Shown here: positions 12,296 through 25,654 of the stretch, in pieces
Position numbering within the stretch: the first letter of the stretch is position 1
Layout of the letters: each line of letters opens with the position of its first letter
Source of the DNA: Callorhinchus milii
Taxonomy: Eukaryota
Reading direction: 5' to 3'
Assembly (NCBI RefSeq): GCF_018977255.1
Contig: NW_024704743.1
Coordinates: 40,116,001 to 40,180,000 of the forward strand
DNA: 64,000 nt
The notes under the pieces: model-generated
What the model saw: the letters and a program-made list of their open reading frames with translations, nothing else
The model's database searches: none
Told to the model about the DNA's origin: nothing
Translations under genes and position numbers: made by a program

Positions 12296-12780
12296 TTTAT
12301 TACCAAGCAAAATTTTGGTTTATTATACAATATAGTATCCTAATAAGGTTTAATATGTGGATAATTGATTATAGTCAGAAGGTATTTAATTCCAAGGATG
12401 CAATGAATCGCCTTTAGGCTCTGAGGTACTTAGTTTACCCAGTCAATAATGTATTTGTACAATAGAGGACAAGACTAATTGAAATCAACATGATGTTGAT
12501 AAAATGGTATAAATTTCAACAACATTTTATTAGTACCATCATGCTGCTATTTTAACAGTTTACAATTGTGTAAAATAGATGTTGCCAGATGTTGGCATAT
12601 AGAAACTAAAGAAAAAGCTGCGCACATGATTAGAAACTAAAAAAAATCTGCTCAGAGATTAACTTCCCTGTATGTGCTGAATTTTCATGAATGACAAAGC
12701 ACTGCTTTACAGAATGCATTTCCTTTTAAAATAAATACTTTTTCTCCCAATTTAAAATACTAAATTGTTGTTCTCATGAA

Positions 12781-13068
12781 ATTTGTTGTGACGTTGACAT
12801 TATACTTGTACTGAAGATCACAAGTATAACAATAATAATAATAATAATCCTTGCATTTGATGTAGCGCTTTTCACATCTTCTAGACGTCTCAAAGCGCTT
12901 CACAGATTAAGACAGTAAAGTGAATTGACCGTATATTTGTGGGCAAAACGCGGCAAACAATTGCACACAGCAGTGTCCCGCAAACAGTCGTGGATTGAAA
13001 ATGAACAATTTATTATTGTTTTTTGTTTTGGAGGGATTATTATTAAAAATGTCAACGTCACAACAAAT
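12781..13068. repeat. Perfect 29-bp inverted repeat with 10-nt loop; right arm split by a SINE
   Basis: ATTTGTTGTGACGTTGACATTATACTTGT (12781-12809) pairs with ACAAGTATAA (12820-12829) plus AATGTCAACGTCACAACAAAT (13048-13068). Confidence 0.85.
12830..13045 (-). mobile_element. Young SINE, 5'-truncated
   Basis: (TAA)n-TCCTTGCATTTGATGTAGCGCTTTTCACATC...GGAGGGATTATTATTA; high identity to 8883-9100. Confidence 0.9.
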
Positions 13069-13699
13069 CTCAAGCATAACAATTCAATGGGGGAAGGGAG
13101 TATTTGGTATCCATAATTATGTTTTGATAATCATTTTATAGGAGAACAACAGCATAAAACTTATGCATCATAACCCTGAGAGCACAACATGCAACAAATG
13201 TGATAAGTTGCAATAGCAAAGGCAAGTTTCAGGATCAAAGGGATTCGCCTTGTGATTTCCCCCTTTTCCTAATCAATTTCAGCAATATTACAGATTCAGA
13301 CAAGACAGATTAAGAGATGGTCCTATTCTTGCTACAATCCCCATTTGCTTCTCGTCCATCAAACATGGCTCAAGTACTGTTCCGACTGAGACTAGACTAC
13401 TAGCATACGTCTCAATGCTAATCAATCCTGTAATTCAATGAACATAAATCTGGGTGATGTTAACACACTGCAGTAAATCTTGATCACCATTCGCCAATGC
13501 TGCCCAATTGAGAGAAATGTGTAAAGTCTGCTCTGTTCATATTATTAACTGGTGGAACAACTTATCATTACCATCATCAGGGCAGTGGTGGAATTTCTGG
13601 ATAGTAAAATGTCTATGTTCTTATAACACACGCATCTGGCTGTGCAATACAACCACATAATATTTGTGTGTTATTTTCTGTGCTAATCAAAGATGATGA

Positions 13700-14040
13700 A
13701 TGTTATAACAATAATTTACACTTATGCATAATGCCTTTCACATTGGAAAAAAGATCCTAAAGTTATTTTTACAAGATTTAAGCAGGAGCTTGAGCTGGAA
13801 AGGTGGTGGAAAGAACAGAGGGAAAGGCCAAGCTACGGAGATTTCAGAAGAGTTCCAGAGGGGGGCAAAGAGCTCGAAGGCTGACCCACTCAGTGGAACA
13901 GACAGATCATATGATGCCGGCCAGAAATGGAGGAGCAGAAGGAATGGGCTGGAGATTAGAACATGGAGTTCTGTAAGAGTGATAGCAAGCAACAAGGAAT
14001 TGTAGTGTGGACATGGGGAATCTTAGCTTCAGTGTGAAAA
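13700..14040 (-). mobile_element. Old L2 3' fragment
   Basis: ACACTTATGCATAATGCCTTTCACATTGG; minus strand encodes SAFELFAPLWNS. Confidence 0.55.
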
Positions 14041-15319
14041 GAGACTGATCATCTTTACACCAATATTGGGAATCAAATGCTCCCTATGGTTTACATCACT
14101 CCAGCACAACTGCTCATATTCACTGAAGATTCCAGTGGACTGTATAGTATTTGTAAGAGGATAATGGAACTGTTGTCTGCTGTCAGATGAGACTTGAGCA
14201 ATAGGTTAATTAGGCAATTAGGAGAGCGGGAAAAAAATCAGAAATTGGCAATTGGTCGACTCCAAATGAAATACAAAAGAAATGAGCAAATTTAAGGTTG
14301 GGAAGGTTAAAAATATCCATGTAACTGGACAAAGAGTCTGCATTTTGCTCCAATGTTCATTACAGCATTACTCCAATGTATTTTGCTGCAGAAGTCAAGT
14401 TGCTTTTAAAACTAGTCACTCTTCATCTGCTATAAATTAACTCAATAGTATGTGGATTAGACATAATTGTTGATGTAAATCATTATCCTCTAAGGAACTC
14501 AGGTTTAAGCAGCAATCCAGAAGTACACAAATGTAATACTTTGCTGGCAGGGAATAATCTACAACAAGCACCCAAGGTGAAGCATGTCCATTGCACTTTA
14601 CATCAATACCGTTAAACTCCAATGAAGATCTTGACTACATGATCTACAAATTCTGAAGAATGAACTAGTATTGTGGAAAAGTTTAACATAATACCTCACC
14701 GATGCTTGTAATGCGCGTGGGCATTTTAAAGATTCAATGGTTATTCAATTTACCAAAAGAAACATAACCCTCTTATATTTAGTGCTGCAAGGATATGAGA
14801 TGTGTACTCAGGTTAGAGGTTTTTCTTTTGTTATAATTATAACTCCTCCAAGAATTGGAAAGGGCATATACAGAATACATCTTTCCTACTAAAATGCAAG
14901 TCCGAATGCAGATAATATCAATGGTAAACTTGTAGTACTGAGCTCACAGGTGCCCGATATCCACAATGTGTCTGATATACATTACCTTCTCTAGGGCTTG
15001 TCATTTTGGTGTTGACATGCAATACAAGCTGTACAGAAAAGCATCACCCATAGTTCAGCAGTAACTGATACTAAAATGTCTGTCTCACTTACGGAAACTA
15101 CTTTATAGTTCTCTCGTTATAGTAATGCAATATTCCCTCCCTGTAATAGTACATGACTCAGGGAAGAGAACCTGATTTATACTTACCACCTCTGTATCAC
15201 TCTCACTGGTGCGTGGGGCAGGGGGCTGGGGGGGGGTTGGTGTGCAACAAAGTGCAACCACCTACACATAGCACTGTTGTTTTTAATTTATTTTATTAAT
15301 AGAATAAAAGTCTATAGGT

Positions 15320-15660
15320 AGGCTACCCCAATGGTCAAGTGGGTAAAGAGATTATCTGGGTCACACTGATCTGATGCTGCAATTAATACATCTCACTAGG
15401 GCCTTCAATTGGACTCTACAATTAGACTTGGAGCTTCTGAACGAGGGAGAAGAAAACTGCAAGGATGATCATTCCTGATCAGGAAACTTCTCAGAGGTGT
15501 GGATGTAGGTAGACGATTTGAGAGAGCAACATTGGGTTGAGCTATGAAGCTCCCAGGGTTGAACTGTCTGCTAACGCAGAGCAACTGCTGCCTATGGAAC
15601 TGTAAAAATAAGTCGAAACACTTGAAAAGGTATGACAGAAAAACAAAGGGAGAAAAAAAT
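15320..15660 (+). mobile_element. Ancient degraded SINE (LF-SINE-like, tentative)
   Basis: CAATGGTCAAGTGGGTAAAG head; ATTGGGTTGAGCTATGAAGCTCC..GGTTGAA..CTGCT..CCTATGGAACTGTA resembles an ancient shark SINE as recalled. Confidence 0.35.
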
Positions 15661-16183
15661 CACGTTAGAATTGGCTGCAGTATAACCTGATTTACACTAA
15701 TATCCTACAGCAGGCTGTCATGGGAATGGAGGAGGACAAACCCTTTTGTACAGTGAATGGGGGAAGTTAGTGGGCAAGTTGCTCAAGCCATTCCTGCACA
15801 TCATTCAGTTGTCCTGTCAAGAATGGCAAAGGTTTAAAGGCAAATGATATTAAAATCAATCACAGAAATGCCAATGTTGCTTTTCTGAAGTAGGGTAAAG
15901 AAAAATTCATTCCTACTTATAATAAATTATCCTGCATTTGCCACTAACCCTTTAAGTTCAGCAACTCAAACTATTTTGGCATGTTGTATATCACACAGCT
16001 ACCTGGACAATCATGTTTTTGTTGTCATTCATTTTAAAAAATCTAATCTTTTTGGCTTGCTTTTTCCAATAAAATGTCATGCTTGGGTTACATATCTGTC
16101 TTTTAAGGAATAGAGATTATCAAAAGAACAACAGAATTCCCTCAGCACTTCTAACCTCCGGGGAGTTAGCAATTGGGCATTTA

Positions 16184-16275
16184 TAATAATAATAATAATA
16201 ATCCTTGCATTTGATATAGCGCTTTTCACGTCGGGAGGACGTCCCAAAGCGCTTCACAGAATATACTATAAGTGC
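16184..16275 (-). mobile_element. Young SINE tail only
   Basis: (TAA)n TCCTTGCATTTGATATAGCGCTTTTCACGTCGGGAGGACGTCCCAAAGCGCTTCACAGAATATAC. Confidence 0.9.
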
Positions 16276-16942
16276 AAAGACTATTTGATATGAAATATTC
16301 TATTGTGGTCAAGATATGAAATATTCTATCGATGCAAAGGCTACACAAGACTATCAAGACTTTCAACAATGTTCTTGGGTACAATCCAGAATGAGACACA
16401 CATTGTTAGCTTTCTGATGTGTCAAAATGATACCCCACAGTTCTAGCACCAGGGAATCACAAAGATGAAGTTTTACAGTAAGCAAATAAATTCATTGATC
16501 AGATTTATAAACATGTATGCTGATAAATTTATAAACATGCATGAGCTCTTTCCCTTCAGCAGCTATCACAGCAGCACCTGTCTTCGTCTGCTGGGATGAT
16601 CTTTTAAAGAAACAACCAGCAGTAGCAGACACTATGCAGGCAAGCACAGCTGCTGCTTAGGATAAATGAAAGCCGACAGTGATTATCTTAATCTACAATG
16701 AAGCGTTCTGGTGGGACCACAGGGAGAGGAAGCTTCCATAAGACATATGCTGCTGTTAGACAAGAAGAGCTGGGAACCTTCCACTGACCAGACAGCATAT
16801 TATGATACTAAAAAATCTGTTGTCGAGCAAAGCTTCTTAAACATCGAGTTAGCAATATGTAAAAAGCAAGGCTTCTCACGAAACCAGAAGAAGATTATTT
16901 CCAAACTGCATATTTCATCACATTCAGAATCCAGAAGACTCT

Positions 16943-17296
16943 ATAATCCTTGCATTTGATATAGTGCCTTGTAACACTATTGAAACATTGTGGCTGTGTA
17001 CGTGTAGATGGACGTGGCAGCCAATTTACACACAGCAATGTCTCACAAATAGCCGTGAATGAAAGACCAATTTTATCTGGAGGATTGATGTGACACACAA
17101 TCTTTGACCTGAGCAGGCAGACAGGATCTTGGTTTAACATCTCATCTGAAACCAGCACCTCCAACATTGCAGCACATCCCTAGCACTACACTGCAGTATC
17201 AACTTAACCTAGGAGATCAGAGTCTCAACATGGGGCTTGAACCCCTAACCTTCTGGCTCAGAGACGAGAGAGCTGCCAAGTGACCCAGGCTGACAC
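16943..17296 (-). mobile_element. Deu-domain SINE with internal deletions
   Basis: CTTGGTTTAACATCTCATCTGAAA..CAGCACCTCCAAC (Deu complement); AACCTTCTGGCTCAGAGACGAGAG..CCAGGCTGACAC head. Confidence 0.8.
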
Positions 17297-17919
17297 ATCA
17301 CAGATTACAGGTATTATACAACCTGTTACTGCTGTGTTATTAAAATGTAAAGAAACTTGTGGACAAATAAGCTTTTTTGTGGCATATTTTTAACAAATTA
17401 AAAAAATGACGTAGAAAACAAGTGGCATTTCTACATTAAAATCTTCTCTGTGTATGTGTGGTTTGAAATGCCTGTCTTTTACTGCTTTGCACTCACTGTC
17501 TGTTCTGCTCATTGCCTCTAAATTGATTTCTATTGTATCTTTCCAGTCAATCATATGCTTTATATACATGAATGCCTTCAGGAAACTTCCATATCATTGC
17601 AGTGTTGATTCTCACTTCAAAGCGCAAACTTTCCCTTTTCTGAAAAACAAAACAGTAAACATGGAGAAAGCTGCAAATGGACAGAATATGTTGCAACCAC
17701 TGTAACTTTGAAGGGAGCCTGGATTATAATATGTGGTACATAAAGTCACACGTATCTCTAAAATAACATAACAGTCCCTGTTAGGAGTACCATACTTCAG
17801 TAAAATGTATATGTTGAACTCACACTTCAACAAAACAAAGTGATTACAGTAGAATCCTGAGATAACAGAGTATTTGGGATCCATAAAAACTCAACCACTG
17901 TTATAATGGAATGTGGTCA

Positions 17920-18720
17920 TAGGATCACAAGATTGTTTTGAGTGAAGAAGGCCCTTCGGCCTATCTCATCTCATCTCTATACCCATCCTACCATTCCTCC
18001 TAATGCAATACAACACCAAGCTACTTGTTATATGCGTTTCATGTCCTGGCCTCAACCACCCTTTCTGACAACCAGTTCCAGCCTCTGAATAAATGAAAAC
18101 TTCTGAGTATCTATCCTGAAATTGCCCATTATAAGTCCAAATCTATGTCCTATATTCGGCCTTGATACATCCTAAAGTATTGATTTGGGTTTTTACTTGT
18201 CCTGATCGGAGTTTACATTTTAAAATCTGATCAGTGGCTCTGCATTCACTGAGCAAGTGTGTAGAAAGCCAGTCAGCTTTCCAATTATCATGTCTCGAAC
18301 AACACTTGCTGCTCACTTCCAGCTCCATGAGAACAAATTCCACTTTGCAAATATCTACACACAACATAAAGCCTCCAGGAAATTACCCTGGTGCACTTTC
18401 ACTCTAATGAATCAATGTTTTTTTAAAAATGCCCGTAACTGTACAGCATTCCAAACGTGACCTCCACGGTGATCTATGCAAGGTGATTTTTTTATATATA
18501 TGTGATTTGATCACAGTGTCAATAGCATGAGTAGAGAAGAAAAAGGATTTGGGTGTTTATTGATCTTTCACTGAAAGTTTCCAGTTAATGTGACCCTGTT
18601 GTCCGCAAAGCTAATCAAATATTGAGATTATAAATTGTAACAAGCTCTTATAATAGACCAGCAACAGTTCCCATAAGCTGAATCCTTATCTCCTGCAACC
18701 AGAACGTTGTTTTAGTTACT
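17920..18720 (-). mobile_element. Degraded CR1 fragment
   Basis: GATCACAAGATTG..TGAAGAAGGCCCTTCGGCC 3' end; AACTGTACAGCATTCCAAACGTGACCTC is the complement of RSRLECCTV (RPHLEYC-like). Confidence 0.6.
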
Positions 18721-19784
18721 TTTCTACTCTTGTAGAAATGTATAGCCAAAGGATCAACGATTACTCTACACCATATTGTTTCTTTTATGTGGTTTCATGC
18801 CACCTGACCCAAGTTCTCTTTGATTAGTACATATTACCACATAAATCAGAAAGATTTGAAGATACTGCCTTCATTTATAAGAAACAAGAAAGCAAAACAC
18901 AAACCCAACAATACTATCAACCTCAATAAATTACAAAATCAATGTGATGCCCTTAGCAGGTCACCTACCCTTGTCAAACAGCTGCAATTGCATGGGCTCT
19001 GTAATAATGCTTTCAATAGATTCAGGTCCATCACAGGTAAATGGATGCATCTTCATTTGCTCAATATGCTCCAAATTTAAGATCAAAAGGTAGCAGAAAT
19101 TGCAGCAAGGGTGTATTTTGCATTTTTTGAAGATATTCCATGCAAATATTACTTCAAAGGATTATTAGTCAGAAGTGCTGGCCATTTGGATCTCAGGATA
19201 TTTTCCAGTCTTATACATTCTTGTGCTTCTGAAGGATAAAATTGTCAGTTTGGTAGTAGACAGTCTCACATATATTAGCATAAGTAGCACAGAGTCGACA
19301 ACTCTGAGTTTTCAAGGCCAATTGCTATAAAATTTAATTAGAAGATAATTATACAGTGAAACAATATGCAAAATCAAGCTGGCACCTTTTGCCCTAGTCT
19401 TTCAATATAAGACCTTTTCTACAAACACCTTGGCTTGTTCAACAAGAATTCTAACTTGTCAAAAGCACTCTTTCATTATGGAAACAAAATGTTCCATATG
19501 CATTAACTTGCATTTAGCTGGCTTATGCTGGGTCAATACTGTTCTTTTCATTGTAAAACTGAAATGATTTTCAATATGATTCGCTGCCAAAGATGCAAGG
19601 TAAATCGAGGTTAAGCAGCTCAGCTCAAAAGTGAATCGTGTTTTGGTTCTGCTGCTGACACCACTTTGAGAAGATAGTTTGGCGTCACTTCCGTTTTTCC
19701 TGTTTCAGCATAAGCATGGCACACTGAATAAATCTCACCTTTATTTCTGAAAGATAAAAATAGCTGGATTTAATAGAACATCTG

Positions 19785-20210
19785 GCGCACGCTTGCCTTT
19801 GTTGGTAGCCCTCTTGCCTCTGAGTCTAAAGGTTGTGGTCAAGCACCATGTCGGGACTTGGAATCCATATAGTTTACACTCCATTTTAGTGCTAGGGGTG
19901 TTGTCGGAGGTGCTCTCCTTAGGATGAGATAATAAAACCAAGGTCCATCTGCCTGTTAGGTGAACAATAAAGATCCCATGGTACTATTTGAAAAGAGATG
20001 GGGACTTCTCCCCGTGTTCTGGACAACAATTTCCCCAATAAAAAAATGGTCACACACTTTATGGCTGTTTGTGGAACACTGTTGTGTCAAATTGGCTGTT
20101 ATGTTCACCCACAAAGATAAATAGCCACACCACTTTACACCATATACTGTAAAGCGCTTTGAGACATCTCAACGAGATGATAAGACTCTATATCAAATGC
20201 GAGGCTTGTA
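19785..20210 (+). mobile_element. Deu-domain SINE (SacSINE1-like), full length
   Basis: GTTGGTAGCCCTCTTGCCTCTGAGTC head; GGATGAGATAATAAAACCAAGGTCCATCTGCCTG Deu core; GCGCTTTGAGACATCTC tail. Confidence 0.85.
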
Positions 20211-20639
20211 ATTGTATATCAATGGACCTCAAATCCTTTAGTAAAAAGACCTGTTGTATGTGATTGACGTTTGACTCCACTTTAGTTGTAGAGGCAAACA
20301 TGGCAGCCATTCTGCACTAGTAATGTCCCACAACAAGAATGAGATGAGCTGCCAATTGATCGCAGTTTTTTGGCCAGGATACAAAACCCCGACACTTAAA
20401 TTTACAGGGAGATAAAAGGATGTTTCAAAAATCAATCAGGCAGAAAAATAGGGAAATGAAGGAAAGGAATAGAAATGGCAAAATAAATGGATGGCTTTCA
20501 CTGCCACCCGACTATTGCTGAAGCAGAAAGAAAGCATAAAACACATCTGCTTCCTCAGTCTATTGGCCTATCAGCTTAACTAGGCCAGAACTTTTGAAAT
20601 TTTGTTTGTCGTCTCCCCCCACCAATTATTCTTCAAAAT

Positions 20640-21146
20640 ATATTTCTTGGATCTCATTCATTCTGTTTTTGCAACACCACCGGCCTCCGACAATATCTCT
20701 CCCCCTGCCTCCAACACTTCCAGCCTCAACTGTTTAAAATCTCTCCGCCCTTCACAAGCTATGGACCACCCAAAACTCTACACCCCATGTCCTCTCCCTC
20801 AACAGGCTCTTGTAAGCCTATCACCTCCCTACTCACTCCGCTCGACTGACCCCCAGACCTCAGCAGATTAAATTAAAAATTCTCATCCTCACTTTAAAAT
20901 TCCTCCATGGCCTTGCCTCACCTATTTTTGGGTAAAGCTTTAATCATACTGCTCCTGCTCTCTGGAACACCACCCCTGAGTCTGTCCACCATATCCCCTC
21001 CCTCTCATTGTTCAAAATTCACCTTATCCCCTGTTCCTTCACCAAAGCCACCCCACTCCCACTAGCTGAGACTCCCAGTTGTGTAAAATGCTTTGAAATG
21101 TCCTCCCAAAGTGAAAGCATGATATAAATTTAAAATGTTGTTGTTG
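20640..21146 (+). mobile_element. Degraded L2 3' fragment
   Basis: AAAATTCTCATCCTCACTTTAAAATTCCTCCATGGCCTTGCC (KILILT..HGLA); tail GTGAAAGCATGATATAAATTTAAAATGTTGTTG. Confidence 0.65.
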
Positions 21147-21224
21147 AGTGAAGTTTATCTCGTTCACAACTGTTATAATACAATAATATAATGTTATAAT
21201 ATAAGAGGTACTTTCCTGCAAGTG

Positions 21225-22700
21225 ATTTATATATCATTTGAATAAGAGAGGATTGACCCACTGCAGATCAATATGGAAGTGCTCCCTGCACTACCCACCA
21301 GACTGAGCTTTATAGTTTTATCATCAACTTTCTATTGCTAAGCCAGTTTTCAATTCAACAAGTTAATTTACGGTTAATCTTACTCTGAGTTTTAAACTTA
21401 TTTAAGGCTCTCATATAACAGAATACATGCCTTCTGAAAATCTTGGTCAATTATATCCACTATATGCACACCCACTTACTTCCTCAAAGAATTCCATTAA
21501 ATTTGTAATGCATAACTTATTGACTACCATGTTGACTACTCCTTACTATTTAGAGGAGCAGTGGTAGCAGTGCTGTACAATATTTTCGAGCATTTTACTG
21601 TTGCAAATCTAAGGCTAACCAAGGTATCATGTTTAGGTGCTTTTTATACTTCAGTTTAACACGTCAGGATAACACTTATTACCCTCTAGTCACCAGGTGC
21701 AGCTCTAATCAAACACTGACTGTTGCTGAAGATATTAAATATAGCCTCGTCTATTTCCTTACTTATATCCTGGATCATTCTAGCATTAACTGACACACTG
21801 GGTCTAATTTGCAATATTTCTTAAGAGACTTCTAAATAAGAAATGTGACAATTATAAATTTCCAAACCCTGAATATGCTAAATAATGTATTACTCAGAAC
21901 ATTCAATGCCTTAACATTTAAAAAATGCCAACCAAAAGTCACGATCAGAGCTGGCCTTTTGCTTTCAGGCACTTTCTCAGTCGAGAAAACACCTAGAAAT
22001 TCTGACAACAGGGCAGAAAGTGAAACTTTGAGCCCCAAACTGCCTTTATTGGCCTTTGGGATAATGTACTTTTATTGGAACTTTATCTTGCAAATATTAT
22101 GATGATCTTAGTAATGATTCCCAAATATCATTCACGGTTAGCGCAGCAATTTCAGATTTGCAAATGCTACATTTTCAACTCCATTAATACTTTTGAACTC
22201 AAGAGGGTCTTTAACTGTATCTGACTTTCCAAATAATACCTTTGACACATCCATCTCATCAAATAATAAACCCAAATAACATTTCATATGGTATATAGAA
22301 TGTATTCGATGAAGCGATTTGGGGCGTCTCCACAAAGTAATATCAAATAGAAGGATTATTATTATTACTATTATTATTATTTCAGAACCTATAATATAGA
22401 GAAGTGAAGAAATCATAGACAATTGAGAACAGTGCTTCACAAAGTTTCTGTGTACTTGTAGGATCATTTTAATCTTTTTAATTTTTAAATGCTTTTAATG
22501 TGCAAATCTTTCTAGTTTCTTTTAGAAACCCTTTATATTCACTTCTTCAACCACTTGCGCTGGTAGTTTCATACACATCTACAATCCAATTGAGATGGCC
22601 TATTTATATTTTAAGAATTAAACTATACATTCAAAATTCCACTTAATCTTTGTCTATAAAATCATATTGTCTTCAAATTTAAGGTTACACAGAAATGTAG
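21225..22700 (-). mobile_element. Old, heavily decayed CR1 ORF2 fragment
   Basis: Minus-strand remnants of DFQKA (GCCTTCTGAAAATC), W.ENWL (AGCCAGTTTTCAATT), P.GS..G (GACCCACTGCAGATC) and VSL (AAGGCTAACC). Confidence 0.55.
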
Positions 22701-22719
22701 GAAATCTGTAAATATAGTA

Positions 22720-24615
22720 ATTGACCACTCTATCCTCAACCACTGATTCTCCCATCACCTCAATCTTCACAGCTCTGTCCTTGACTGGTTCAGATTGTAT
22801 CTCTCATACAGCCCCCACTTCATCTCCACAAACAGTTTCTCCTCTAGCCCCTGCACCGTCTCGTCTGGTATTTATCAAGTCTCTGTCCTTGGTTCCCTCC
22901 TCTTCAATATCTATATGCGCCCTCTTGGTGACATAGGAACATAGGAATTAGGAGCAGGAGTAGGCCATTCAGCCCCTCGAGCCTGTCCCACCATTCAATA
23001 AGATCATGGCTGATCTTCTAACCTAACTCTATCTGCCCGCTTTATCCCCAAATCCCTTAATCCCTCTATTCTTTAGAAACCTCTCAATCTCAGTCTTGAA
23101 TATGTTCAAGGACTGAGCATCTACAGTCTTCTGGGGTAGAGAATTCCATAAATTCACTACCCTCTGAGGGAAGAAGTGTTTCCTCAACTCTGTTCGAAAA
23201 AGCTGACCTTTAATCTTAAGACTGTGACTTCTAGTTATAGATTCTCCTACCAGGGGAAACAGTCTTACACTGTCTACTCTGTCAAGCCCATAAGAATCTT
23301 ATATGTTTCTATAAGATCACCCCTAATTCTTTTACATTCTCGGGAATATAGGCCTAGTTTACTCAATTTATCCTCATAGGTCAACCCCCTCATCCCAGGA
23401 ATTAACCAAGTGAATCTACGCTGCACCCCCTCTCAGGTGAGTTTGTCCTTTCTTAAACAAGGAGACCAAAACTGCACACGATATTCTGGGTGCGGTCTCA
23501 CCAAGGCCCTATACAGTTGCATCAAGACTTCCCTACTCTTGTATTCTAATCCTTTTGCAATAAACACCAACATGCCATTAGCCTTCCTAGTTGCTTGAGA
23601 TCATCCGCAGACATGGGGTCAACTTCCACATGTATGCAGATGACACCCAACTCTACCTCTCTGCTTCCACCGTTGACTTCAGGACCACTGCTGTCCTGAC
23701 AGAATGTCTGTCAGACATCAAGTCCTGGATGAGAGTTAATTTTCTTCAGTTGAACGTCAACAAGACCGAGGCTCTACTGATTGGCTCCCGTCAGCGCCTC
23801 CTCACCTCAGGCGCTGACAGCACCACCAGCCATGGTTACACACTCCACCTTACTAAGCCAGTCCGGACCCTTGGCTTCTTGTTTGACCCTCAACTATTCT
23901 TTCTACCCCACATCTGCACTATCCACTCTGCCTTCCCCCACCTCCGCAACATCGCCAAGCTCCGCGACTGTCTCACACCGCAGGCCACCGAAACTCTCAT
24001 ACTTGCTTTCATTACATTGAGGCTTGACTATGCAAACTCATCACTTGTCGGCCTCACCAACTCCTCCCTCCACAGGCTGCAGATCATCCAGAACTCCGCA
24101 ACTCGCGTCCTCTCCCACACCAGGCTGCGTGACCGTATCACCTTCATCCTCTCCCGACTCACTAGCTTCCCATCACACAGAGCATACAGTTCAAGATCCT
24201 GGTCCTCACCTTCAAAGCCCTCCACAGTCTTGCTCCCCCCTAACTCTACAACCTTCTAACCCTCTACCATCCTCCTTGCTCCCTCCGTTCAGTGGGCTCC
24301 AGCCTGCTTCACGTCCCCGCCTCTCTCGTCCAACTATTGCCTGGTGGGCCTTCTGCCACTCTGCCCCACCCTCTGGAACTCCATCCTGCAGTCCATCTGC
24401 CATCTGCCTTGCAGCCCCCCCCCCCCCTTACCTCCTTCAAGACCCATCTCAAGACCTTCCTCTTCGACCGTGCTTTCGATTTCCCTGCTTTCACCTACTG
24501 CCCTCCACTCTCCCCAACCCTGACCCCCAGCTTAGATCGAAACTCTGTTTGTCCAGAGCCTTGGGATGTCCTCCCAACTTGAAAGGCACTATGCAAAGGT
24601 AATTCTGTTGTTGTA
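22720..24615 (+). mobile_element. L2 LINE 3' part (RT to tail), interrupted by CR1 at 22931-23597
   Basis: ORF 23591-24259 encodes [36 protein letters not shown] and LQIIQNSA; tail CCTTGGGATGTCCTCCCAAC..GAAAGGCACT. Confidence 0.95.
22931..23597 (-). mobile_element. Relatively young CR1 LINE 3' fragment
   Basis: Octamer tail (ACATAGGA)2 plus GGAGCAGGAGTAGGCCATTCAGCCCCTCGAGCC; minus strand encodes LYRALVRPHPEYRVQFWSP. Confidence 0.92.
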
Positions 24616-25654
24616 TTCATTTGGCAGGCAGTTTTCCATAACTCTTGAAAAGCTTCCAAACTTAGGCTGAATTTAAGAACTTTTCACAATTCTACACCAA
24701 ATTAAATTTGATGATAAAATGGTCTTATCGTTTAAGTCTCAGTAGAATGTTGGCCGCTTGCTTTGCTGTACAAATAAATCTCTTTCTCATATCAACATAG
24801 ACGGCTAGAAATAGAGAAATCCGCATCTGAAGTCGATATACTGAAAATTCTCATGAAACAATGGTTCTTGTCAGTCAAGAATCAAGATGGCACTTTGTGA
24901 CTATGGAAATTGTACACATTATCAGTTCAGCCTAGAAATGATAGTATTGACAAGCCAATTAATTTGGTCTCCATCGTGCACAAACTTCACAGGTAGTCTT
25001 CACTCAGTTGCACCTTGGAGAGCAGTCAGCAAAGTACAATGATGTTAATGAGGGTGGTATAAAAAGCTACTGATCAGCATTTGAAGGGTAGGTAACACAG
25101 GTTTTCACTGTCAAAAGGAAACCAGATTCAATGAACGTCTGCTCAATTAGTTGTTAAATTCATAACTGAAAACTAATATTTAATAATGAATGACAATAAG
25201 AACAACCCTCCCTGCCGTCTTCAGTACCAGGCATGTTTGTCACAAATTTAGAATGCCTGGGTTTCATTTAGTGGCTTGATCCCACGAACATTCGGTTCAC
25301 TAAAACTTTCAACATTAGTATCCTCAGAGAAAACCAACGTACTATTAATAACAACAGTCAGCTAATTACAGAATTCTGGCACTGCTTCTGTGACAGCTGT
25401 GATGTGACTGCTTCTTTGACAGCTGAGGTTGAAAAAGAACATCACTGAGATTTTGCCCGGCTTGCACAAAGCTATTAAAGACACAATTTCAATGAAATCA
25501 TTGATTCTAAAGAGCATTTCCTGATGTTTCCTGCACTGCAGTTACACTGAAGCAATACCAGGGAGAGTGACTTATTGGCTAAACATATCATTTTGAAGCC
25601 CCATACTTATTAGGGCATATTTGGATAGAACTCTTCTTTATAATAAAAAAATCT

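Noticed and set aside
15092..15140. Minus-strand exon ending at GTAAGTG
   Set aside because: Stops in all three frames and a weak pyrimidine tract
16287..16329. 17-bp direct repeat GATATGAAATATTCTAT (similar short duplication near 16503-16542)
   Set aside because: Ordinary local slippage duplication; only two units, so not an array
23591..24259. 222-aa RT-like ORF as an intact gene
   Set aside because: Start lies at the CR1/L2 junction and the ORF frameshifts downstream; it is a TE remnant
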